Part shown: in pieces, positions 10,233 through 20,241 of the stretch
Layout: each line of letters opens with the position of its first letter
Position numbering within the stretch: the first letter of the stretch is position 1
Assembly: GCA_051942245.1 (NCBI GenBank)
Contig: JAVECL010000149.1
Coordinates: forward strand, 1-42,654
Reading direction: 5' to 3'
DNA: 42,654 bases
Origin: Trypethelium eluteriae
Taxonomy: Eukaryota
Notes under the pieces: generated by a model
The model's input: only the letters and a program-made list of their open reading frames with translations
Told to the model about the DNA's origin: nothing
Databases searched by the model: none
Translations under genes and position numbers: made by a program

Positions 10233-12354
10233 TCAAAACGAATAACTCGCTCCCGTTTTGCTAATCACAAACTCACATCCCAAGGGCTGGCCCTCCTCTG
10301 CAAACCGCGCCTCGTGTTCCTTCAATTGTCTCAAGATATTCTCCCCAACCAACGGACCGTCCCTCAACGTGTCCTTCACGTGAATCACGACGACCGTCAG
10401 ACTCGCCAGCGGTGGCGCTGTCGTCTCCAAGCCCACGTCGGCCGGCTCCACCTGTGGTGTTGACGAGAAGTAATCACCGTCATGCTGCTGGTCCTTCCCT
10501 GCCTCGTCCTTGCTCTTCCGTCTCGACGACGCCCTCGACGCCGCTGCGCCGCTTCCGCCACGTCCTCGACTGCGACTTCGCTTTCCACCCTCCGCGCTAG
10601 GGGTCTCAAACCCGACGCGCGGCGTAGAGGCGGGAGAAGCCATTGAATGCTCGCCCGACAGCCGCTTTCGCTTCCGCGTGACATCACTCTCAGTCTGCGC
10701 CATCGGATTCAGCGGCGTCGTAGCCGTTCCCATGGTCGTCGTCGCTGTCGCCGCCGCCACTTCCTCCGCCTGACACGTCTTGACCATCTGCGCCAGTGTG
10801 ACCAACTCCTTGACCAGATGCCGCGGCGCAAGATGTCCGAACAGAACAGCATCATCCTGAGTATCATCATAGCTGCACTCAATGAACACAGCCTTCAAGA
10901 CACCATGCGCAATCTTCGGCGCCGCCTCCGCCCAGACCCGCGCAGTCCGGGGATTCAGACTCACGCTATCCGGCTCCACATCGCCAAACACCAGGATCTC
11001 CTTCTCCGCCGCGAGCGCCGCGCTGCCCCCTCCCGCTCCGGCTGCCCCACCACAGCTCGCGGTCGTCGTCCGAATGAAGAACGCCGTGCTATCAATCACA
11101 CACTCCTCCACCGACGACTGCGCCGGCGTCCCCGACTGACTCGCCCCCCCAATACTCATACTCCTGCGGCCATCCTCGCGCCTCCGCGGCGTGCCCCCCA
11201 CCCCATTGATCGCGGCGGCCGCAAGCGCATGCTGCCCGGACAACTGCTGCGCCGGCTCGCCCGACGCACCACTCCCCGTCGGCAGCGTCGTCCCGGGGAT
11301 CGTCGACGGCGCGCTGAAGCTCCCACGGTGCAGGCTCGATGCGCCGCCATGGAGGTGCGGGTGGTGGTGGAGGTGCGAGGTCGCAGGCTTCATGCAGTGG
11401 CCGTGCGAGACCTTCCATCCGCGCACCGACAGGCCGTCGCACACTTCGATGTAGCCGCGTCCTTCGCCGGCGCCCAGCGCGATGTTGCCGCCTTCGGCGA
11501 GCCGCTGGAAGGTGACGAAGCCGACGCCGCCGTCTTCGTCGGTGAGGTTTGGCCAGATGACGTCGTTGAAGATGTGTTGCTTGATGGCGTCGACGGTGCC
11601 GGGGAGCGCGGTTAGCCGCTTTGGTCGCGACGTGTTGTGGAAGGCGGCGGTGTTGATGGCGAAGCCGGAGAGGTGGTCGAGGTGCGCGTGGGTGATGAGG
11701 TACGTGGCGACGTGTTCGCGGACGATGACGCCGGCGTTGGCTCGGGCGGATTTGTGAGGGAGAGGAAGGCCGGCGAAGGGTCCGGTGGGGAGGGTAGTCG
11801 TTGATGGGTGGGATGCGGTTGGACGGACGGCAGAGGGAAGGTTCGAAACGTTTTCTAGAGGAGGCCGGAAAGTAGCTTCTGTTCTAGTTGATCTTCTTTG
11901 GGCGCCATTCGGAGGCGCTTGATTCTCGCTATTTCGAGTATGATCGTCAGAATTGCGCGGATACGTTTCTTCGAGAATACGGGTGATGGCAGCAAGGTGC
12001 GATCCAGCATCAACTGCCAGTAGGGACCCTTTTGACCAGTTTGAAGCTGTAGAACGAACCAGAAGACCAGTCACGTCGTCTTCGCTTGGACCGCCTCCAG
12101 AGCCCTATTGTATTGAGGTCAGCTTGTGCATCTATGGGTCAGAATTTAGCAGCAAGGTAATGGTGGGAGATTATTTTCTAACGTCAAATATATATACAGC
12201 GATAGACTAGACGAAAAAGCGACTTGAGGCGCAAGTCCCAAAAGGCGAATTCATAGCCAAAGGTGGAGATACTCACCAGACAGATCACCTGAATGGCTGG
12301 CTCGCTCGACGAACGGCCCATAGCGTTTGCCGCCTCTGCCACATTGTCTTTCAT
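10233..12354 (-). CDS. PDE1: Class II (low-affinity) cAMP phosphodiesterase, ~649 aa; exons 12354-12277 and 12104-10233
   Basis: Spliced N-terminus AIQVICL|GSGGGPSEDDVTGLLVRS, AVDAGS, the metallo-beta-lactamase signature ITHAHLDHLSG, HIFNDVIWPNL, VSHG, FGDVEPDS, IECSY..LFGHLAPRHL and IHVKD. The start could instead be the Met at 12321. Confidence 0.93.
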
Positions 12355-13668
12355 GAAGGCTATTGTTACCCCACAGCTAACCGAACAAGAATGTCTTAGC
12401 GCTGCAAGTTTCCGAGACAGGATTCAGTGCCTACGTAGACTGATGACGGAGTCGGTCGTAGCAATATCACAATCTTTTAGGGTGATGATCGCGTAGCAAT
12501 ATCCGCAGCGCAGTGCGTAGTTCTTGGGCGACCCTCGAGAGATAGCGGTTGTGATAGTGTCTCCCTTCCGCCCTGCAAAGTCGAGCAGTATCGTGGAATG
12601 CGCCTCTTTATCTAGACATGCAGGTTTCCGTGAAACCAGACAGTGTGTGCCGCCAACGTCGCCCAGAGCAACGCCCCAACCAAGAATCACAGCTTTATTT
12701 TCGAGACCAACTTGATATTCGAAGCCTCCTTAAGTTTCTTCAACAAGGAAAATGCCGTGATAGACTAGCTTTGTTTCTTAAATCTCCAGGAAAGTGTCTG
12801 TAGGCGATGTCCAAATAAACGAGGATGTGACGGATGTAGGTGGCAAATCCGAGGGGAAGCATCCAAATATCCCTTTTCCCGAATAAGCGGTCCCCTCAGG
12901 TGGCGGCACTTGGTAGCTGCTGTTCTCGTCGTAGAATCGAAAGTATCGCGTGCAGATTGCCGCGCCGGGATCGTGGGGATGTCGAGGTTTCGCGTCAACC
13001 GTTACAATGACAGGGTATTCGCAAAGAACGTTGGACAGGTAGAGACAGTGCTCATGAAATGGAAGGGGAAAGTAGCATTTGGCTTTGCGCGAAAGAGGAG
13101 AGAAGGCGGTCAGAGCAGAGTTCGCATCAGAGGAGCAAGAGCCTCTAGAACAAGTCGAGGTCGGTCTGTGCTGGGGAGCGCTGGGGAGAAGGAGGACCAA
13201 TTGCCGAAAGTTTTCACATATTTGGGCTTGGTCACATCTGACAGGGAGAGTGCACCCTCAAGCAAGGAGACCCTCAGCTCTGTCAAGGGGAGAAAAATTC
13301 TCGGACTCGGTGGCTCGAGGCGGCGTCATTCCTCGCTGGTAGGGCTGACTCGAGTCCGAGTCCGAAATCGTTCTGGATGCTCTGGATAGTCTGTTGGTCT
13401 CCCGTCATCGCCGCAAGGGACTCGCAGATCCACGGACACGCGCACGCTAGAAGCCATGGAACAATTCTAGAATTCTTCCGAGTACGGATTACATTGTACC
13501 ACATTACTACGCTCTGCAGCGCGCTCTCCCATTTTTCGTTAGACTACATAGCAGTGATCCATTCGTCGACATTCGTCGCAACTCGCTTTTCCCCCTGAAC
13601 ATTGGCTCTACACCACACCAGTCTCAGATCCAGTATCGAGAAACAGACGCAGCAGTAAGATATCCAAT

Positions 13669-15280
13669 CTACTTGAACACCTTGCCATCAGCCCACTCGT
13701 ATGCCTTGCCACTGACCGTGATCGGCTTGTCCCAGGCCCACTGGTCGTTCACAAACTCCTTGTCCTCTGCCTTTGTGGGGTCAAGCTTGGTAAATTCGTA
13801 ACTCTCGTAGTCCGGTGCGACGTCGAAAGCGGGGAGAGCTTCTTGCCCGCGGATGAAGAAAGCACCCTTGATAACTGAGTCGTTGGACTGACCGAAGACG
13901 GACGCAGCTCCGAAGATGTATTTTCTGCTTGCTTCGAGACGCGCAAAGAATCCACCTATGAGTGACTTAGCATACGTGTCAAACTACTACCGACAAGTAG
14001 ACTCACCGATAAGGTTAGATGTCATGAAGACCTGCGTCAGTTCGTCATTGTACTTGTAGTCCACCTTCCAGAGCGAATACTCGTCGAACTTGGCGTTCTC
14101 CCAGAACCACGGCAAAGCAACCTCGCGGGTGTCTTCGTTGGAGTATTTGCGCTTCCACTCGTCGAGGACGAATGTGGGCCTCTCCAGAGCTTCAAGTGGG
14201 TGCTTGGGCTTGGGAGCTGGTTTATCCTCTTCCTCTTCCTCTTCCTCTACCTCTTTCTTCTTGGGCTTAGCAGCCTCCTTCTTAGGCTGCTCCTTCTTGG
14301 GGGCTTGTTCCTTCTTCGGAGGCTGTAGTGGCAATGCGGTCTCAATCAGTTCCGGCTTGCCAGCGACGTCGGCGTAGATTTGTTGGTTGTAGATGGTTTC
14401 AAACCATCGAGTCACGTTGGGATTCTCCTGGCGCCACTTCTTGTCGAGCACGTACTGGAAACCACGGGAAATCAGGCTCGTGGCAAAGAGGTCAGCAAGA
14501 GTGAGACGCTCTCCAACAAGATACGTGTTGACGAGGAGATGGTCCTCCATGACCTTTAATGCTGCAAAAGTGGCCTTCTGTGCTTCTTCCACGTTCTTCT
14601 TGTTGAACGGGTCGCGACCGAGAAGGGGACGGAACCATCCAGCGATGGAGGGCAGTACTTCGGAGTTGGCGAATGACATCCATCGGAGGATAGATGCGTA
14701 GTCTTGTTTCGTCTTGCCAAGAAGTGTCGTCTTTTCATTCTGTGAGGTCACTGTACTTCCCGAATTAGCCTCTGCGTGTGTAGATGTTGCGCGTCAAGAG
14801 CCTTTCACGGTATCAATCTTTCAGAGTGTGAATACAATGTTTCAACAAGAAGTTTCAGACAGGGATAACTGATTGTGTGTATTTGGTTCATCCTTAAATC
14901 TTTTAGTCGTAGGAGCTGGGAGAATCTTACCATAGATAGCGATAGCAATGCATTCCGTAAGGACATAGTTGTCAGCGCCAACAAACGTAGGAACTCGCCC
15001 GAGCCTGTTGAGCTTGCGATAGTCGTCAGAAACGCCATTGCCAGGTATAGTCTCCACGAGCTCGAGGTCAAGGTTGTTGGCTTTTGCAACTGCTCGGATG
15101 ACGGTGGTGCGTGCATTGCCCTTTGGAAAGAATTGTTAGTCACGGATGGCAAATCGGCCCACGATCTCCATTGAGAACGTCTTGGTGGTGAAAAACTGTA
15201 GGAGGGTCTCGGGGTAAAGCCAAGTTTGAGATTCGAGGAGCTCTACTCACCGGGAAACCATAGAGCTTTCCGAAGCTCAT
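13669..15280 (-). CDS. TEF4: Translation elongation factor eEF1B-gamma; exons 15280-15251, 15120-14931, 14750-14007, 13955-13669
   Basis: GST-like N-terminal domain (MSFGKLYGFP|GNARTTVIRAVAKANNL..LTECIAIAIY|VTSQNEKTTLLG), Lys/Glu-rich linker and EF1G domain (DEWKRKYSNEDTREVALPWFW..NLI|GGFFARLEASRKY). Introns are canonical. Confidence 0.96.
14816..14899 (-). ncRNA. snR38: Intronic box C/D snoRNA, snR38-like (guide for LSU rRNA 2'-O-methylation)
   Basis: Lies in intron 2 of eEF1B-gamma. It has a C-like box AGGATGA (14894-14888), guide CAGTTATCCCTGT (14871-14859) complementary to conserved LSU rRNA ACAGGGATAACTG, D' CTGA (14858-14855) and D CTGA (14824-14821). Yeast snR38 is encoded in the TEF4 intron. 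Confidence 0.9.
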
Positions 15281-15561
15281 TTTGGCGGTACTGAGGAATG
15301 TAGAAAGATGAAGCTTGAGCGAAGGTCCTTATGTCTAAGCTATGACGAGTCAGAGCAGGAGAGCGCACAAGGTAGAACAGGCAGCGATGTGTGACTCGGA
15401 CAATGGTGAGTGGGAAAAAACCATCTAGAGTGTGTCCCGCACTAGTGTTTGGCCTTTGGCGCGCGCTTGGAGCACGTTAAGGTTTGCGCATCAACGCCAA
15501 ATGTTTTGCCGCCTCTTTCATTTTGCTATCATCCACGGATTTCATCTCGAGTCTTTACACT

Positions 15562-16533
15562 ATGAAAGGTTATGAGTCCCTCCATTCGTTCTACAGCCCT
15601 TTGCGTATTTCTACGAGACCGATTTCACGACGACGATGTTTTCAAGGGCCACGACATACCCGGCCATTTTCTTCTTCCACACGGGCTGCTATAGCAGCTC
15701 CAGAGATCCAATTCGACGGTGATGCCTCGGGTCGAGCGAGCTTACTTCAACGAGCTCGGATCGTGCCTGCATCGCCATCCTACTTCACAGCCAAGCCTGA
15801 ATTCACCGACAGTCTGCTCAATCTACAAGCTCTTCTTCGAAAATACGAGGCCTTACCCGTCCTCGCACCAGGCCATGCTCCTCGCGTAGCCTGGAAGACA
15901 CATGCTCAATTCATGCTCACCTCGACTGAGCCAGTTCGAGTCGCTCGATACTCTAGGATCTTGAAAGTTTTGCATCGACTAAACTACATCCACCCGTCAT
16001 TGATGCCTGAGGAAGTCGCCGAGGCCATGCAAGTATACAAGCGTGATGTCAATCCCTACGACAAAGTCAAGCAACCTGTGATCATTGACCAATCTGGGCG
16101 GGCTCGAGGTTTGGGGAGACGAAAGACATCATCAGCAGTTGCTTGGGTTGTGGAGGGCGATGGAGAGGTCATGGTCAATGGGAAGAGTTTAAGTCAGGCA
16201 TTTGGACGGATACACGACCGGGAAAGTGCCATCTGGCCCCTGAAGGTTACGGATCGGGTTGATCGGTACAATATCTGGGCACTCGTCAAAGGTGGTGGGA
16301 CTACGGGACAGGCCGAAGCGATGACGCTTGCGGTTGCAAATGGGCTCATGGTGCATGAACCGGACTTGAAGCCCACGCTCAGGAGAGGTGAGTCTAGGCA
16401 GTATAGTGTTTCACCCTACAAATAGCTGACACTTTCTGCAGCTGGCTGCGTAACCCGAGATGCAAGGATGGTGGAAAGGAAGAAGCACGGTAAACTCAAG
16501 GCCCGCAAGATGCCGGCTTGGGTTAAGCGATAA
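15562..16533 (+). CDS. MRPS9: Mitochondrial ribosomal protein uS9m; exons 15562-16387 and 16442-16533
   Basis: Arg/Ser-rich presequence, [26 protein letters not shown], and a spliced C-terminus [33 protein letters not shown]. Confidence 0.95.
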
Positions 16534-16607
16534 AGAAGATCGTAGCCTTGAGAGATTGAGTAGTTTGCATTGTACGAATTGGTCCATGGGCGCTTCCGTA
16601 AAGTATC

Positions 16608-18064
16608 TCATTTATTCCTTGCAATCCAATGTTGCGGTTTAAATGTATGCGGCTGCATGCTCCTTGGATTGTCGATATACCCTGCTTGGGCTGTCTCTTC
16701 CGAATTTATAATCTCAAAACCATAATATTCCAGTAGCTTCATGACCTCGTCGTGCGTCAGTTCCACGGAGCCTGCCTCGCCAATTCCCAAGTTTCTTCCC
16801 TCAGAAGGCTTTCTTTCGTCATCATTGCGCTGCTCCTTACCGGAATGCCACAACAATGGGCCAGTGTTAATCCAGATGCCTCCTGATTTGAGACAATGCC
16901 GGACAGTCTCTATGTAATTGAGCAAGTTCGGCGCCGTATCAATGAAGAACACCGTTATCACTGCATCGAATCTACTCTCTTCTCCCTCACTGCGATATTG
17001 TACGCAGAAATCCGCTGCTGTCATGCTCATACGTTCAGAAGCTGGCACTTCATGGCCTTGGGACGCCTCGTACAGGGCTTTTGCTGGGTGGACATCCGGT
17101 ATCATTACCTTCTGCAGTTGGTGGTCACGCGAGAGGTGATTATCGAAGTGGAGTGCCCACGGGTATAGGATAAACTCGTTGGCAACCGTTGTGCGGTTGA
17201 GTATGAAATGGCTTGCAAGCAGTTGATGGTAGGAAATTTCGTTTCCCTCTGCGGAATAGCCATCTTGAACAAGGTCAAAAACTAGACGCCCTAAGCCCGC
17301 GCCGGGCACAAGGATCTGGATTTGATGTCGGGAGGTTGGCGAGATATGCTTGAAATGTTTAGACAATGCAAGTCGAACAGGTTCATAGGAATCAGACCGC
17401 TCCTTTAATCCCTCTTCCGACCAGTCACGGTAGAACTGACGAATGGTGCTTCGAGCTTTCTCGAGGTCTCTTGTCGTCGTCGTATCGTGCCACGCCGGCC
17501 TTGCGGTCGATGGACTTGCTCCATGCTGCGTTGCTTTCAAACCTTGAGTGTTGAATGCCTTGGGTGAGGTCGCTTTATTATCTAGTCCGTATGCAGCGAG
17601 ACCAGCCTCTAAGATTTTATCGGCAATTTCTGCGTTGGCATCTATAGCATCATCCACGGCATTGAAGGAATCCAGTATCAAGAATGGCGGAGAAGCCAAG
17701 AGCTCCCACTGGGATGAAGGTAAAGCGTAGAAGTTCTGGCGTCGGACGTGTGTGACATTGTAATGTGCAGTACGGCGATACTGACTAAAGCTGAGCAATT
17801 AGAAGCATAGCATGATATGAGCTACATCAGCAGCTATCAGAGGGGCGGAAAGAGTTGAGGTAGAAGGAAATTAGATAGACCATCATGAAAGGAGAATGGA
17901 TACTCTGATTCCGGCAGAATACAGCATTACTGTGTGAGAAGAAGAATTTAGGAGACACGACGAATGTCTTACCGAAAGGAATCCAGTACTGCAAAAAGTA
18001 CGCGTCGCTCTTCCGGGTCTGCGAAAGGGTCGAAATCGCCCTCCCATTCACCAGCTTCCTCCAT
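16608..18064 (-). CDS. N2227-family (carnosine/protein-histidine N-methyltransferase, CARNMT1/YNL092W-like); exons 18064-17973 and 17784-16608
   Basis: RQFYRDWSEEG..ER, ILVPGAGLGRL, GNEISYHQLLAS, TVFFIDTAPN and WINTGPLLWH. Exon 1 MEEAGEWEGDFDPFADPEERRVLFAVLDSFR splices in frame across a 188-nt intron. Confidence 0.92.
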
Positions 18065-18260
18065 TTTGCTTGCTACTGTTGAGGATCAATAGGCGTACCC
18101 TTGGTTTCCGGAAGATATAATTGGCAAGTAGACAAGAACTAGTGATTTGTACAGTATGGACGATACATGGTCGACGTAACCTTAAGCCAGAGTCGTGCGC
18201 CCATTCACACCGGCCGATTGCAAACTCGCGACACAGCGGAGTTGTCTCACCGTTCCGACA

Positions 18261-18779
18261 ATGGCTACTACAGCGGCTGAACAAGCACCACCTGCACTTG
18301 TTAATGGGTTGCATGTCTCCACGAAGCCAATCCAATTGTCGTTCCCTCTTCCCCATTCTCAGGGCACTCGCATCCACGTCCATCTCACCGTTCGAGAGAA
18401 GTCACTCGTCCTATTTCTCACCACGGCATCAGGCGAACAGGCCAGTTCAGCCTCTTTAGGAAGCTTCGTCTACGCTCTGCCAAATGTTTGTTCTATATAT
18501 TGAAGCGAAGTTATGGCGGGATGCTAATATCAATTCCAGGTCAACGATCCATCGCATCCTCTAAGTACGGCACTTTACACTGTTTCATCAACCTTGGATT
18601 TTACAACTCGCCTATCGAAAGTACTTGCCAAAAGAACGAACAAACCTGTTTACGTCGGGAACTCCATCTCGTTCGCCGGAGCCGGTCTCGGAGGTACTGT
18701 CGAAGAAGAAATGGACGGTTTCAAAAGGGTGGTTGACATTGTTATAGCGGAGATACAACCAACAGGCACAAATTCATAA
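18261..18779 (+). CDS. Proteasome assembly chaperone 4 (PAC4/Poc4)-like protein; exons 18261-18485 and 18540-18779
   Basis: PIQLSFPLP..IHVHLT..LGSFVYALPN|..LSTALY..DFTTRLSKVLAKRTNKPVYVG..VEEEMDGFK. Intron GTTTGT..GCTAAT..CCAG. Confidence 0.75.
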
Positions 18780-18939
18780 CCGTATCTCTACCTCAAAGCA
18801 TTATGGTGTAAGCAGATCATGAATCGAATTAAAAGATCATTCAATCACGGAATTCGACACACAAATATGATGACATTGATCAGCTAGTACTACTACGCCA
18901 GATACAACGCCATACTCATTGATCCAGCATTTAATTGGA

Positions 18940-19291
18940 TCACATGTTGTCCAAGCGCTCCTTGGCGCTCTCCTTCGCCTCATCAGAAACATTCGGGTTC
19001 TTCATCGTGGCCTTCAAGCCGCCAGCGCTGTCCAAGACATTAGCGATTGGGCGCATCAGCATATGGAGAGGAGACCTAACACGTTGCCAGGGTTCTTGTC
19101 CTCATCGGATTGTGGAATTTTACCACCATCAAATTCCTGATCCAAAACCTCCTTGGAATGCTGCTTGGCTTCCTCAGAAGTGTCTACAGGGCATTAGTTC
19201 TCATGTGGGGTTGCTAAGAATCATCATCAAATGACTGACTGGGGTTGTTGATATTGGCTTTGTGGCCGCCGACGACGTTTCCGGTAGTCAT
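18940..19291 (-). CDS. con-6: Conidiation-specific protein 6 (Con-6) family; two introns; missed by the ORF track
   Basis: Spliced product MTTGNVVGGHKANINNPNTSEEAKQHSKEVLDQEFDGG..KNPGNVAGGLKATMKNPNVSDEAKESAKERLDNM contains two Con-6 repeats. Confidence 0.9.
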
Positions 19292-20241
19292 TTTGATGAT
19301 TGGAAGTTAAAGTTTGGTGAAATGTGGAGATTTCTGGGATACAATGTAATGATGTCGATTGCGAGGCTCTATGATGATGGCAAATAAATGGGGTATTGGA
19401 TGGTACTTATACCTCTTCCCTCTCCATCGTGCTTCCCGAGCAACGTGCTGTCCTCGTGGAAGATCGAGATGATGATGTTGTGCCTGTTCTATGGTCTAAG
19501 CCATGACAGCCACAAATTCGTCGTCTTCATCGAAGCCTTGAACTTTCATCTCTCGATTTCCTGTGTTATGACGCTCAGAAACGACGGTCGCGAGTCAAGT
19601 GCGATGGACGTGCGTCTTTGCTCCACATTTTCTGTGCCTTCTCTGGAGAAGGTTTGCGGGGCTGTCAGTGCTTACCTTGTCAAATCTCCTCATATGGCAC
19701 TTCGACGAAGTCATGACACAACGACCAGGCCATTTACGTAGGGCCGGCCCAAGTCAAACACGGGATTCTTGGAAATTCGATGCCATGAAATCGGTAAAGA
19801 ACCTGAAACTCAGGGGAATCTTGCATAAGTGGCTGGAATCCCGTCTTGCCGAGATCTTGCTGGACGAATCGGATGCAGTGCCATGTGCAACCCAATCTGA
19901 CAATCTGAACAGTATCGCGATCATTTACAGTAAACCTGGTTATACATCTGATACCTAGAATTATTGCAGTAAAGCGTCGAATCGATCTCATCCTACCACC
20001 CTACGGTACTACTACTAGTGAACAAGCACACAGGTACACGGGCTTCCGACTCACGCTCAATCCAAGCGCGGCATTTCGACTATCAGGGAATCTCCTCTCA
20101 TTGATCCATCCCTTGAATAGCACCCTGACGGTTAATTGTCATCCAGATTCCAATTGGTGAGCGCCATCAGTACGGAGACTCCCGAGATCGTAGTTAAGCC
20201 ATGGGCTTCGTCTCCACTCCCGGCAATTCCTCATTGGCTTT

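Noticed and set aside
10647..11615. 322-aa plus-strand ORF and other ORFs overlapping the PDE gene
   Set aside because: Antisense or alternate-frame shadows of a GC-rich coding region; Arg/Pro-rich with no recognisable motifs.
12839..12847. Perfect Rpn4/PACE motif GGTGGCAAA
   Set aside because: A single hit ~490 bp upstream of the PDE gene and not near the proteasome chaperone gene; chance cannot be excluded.
17785..17972. snoRNA or stwintron in the 188-nt N2227 intron
   Set aside because: The C-box candidates are poor and the TCTTTCCGCCCCT-CTGA guide matches rRNA only with a bulge. A nested-intron model using the internal CAG gives a frameshift.
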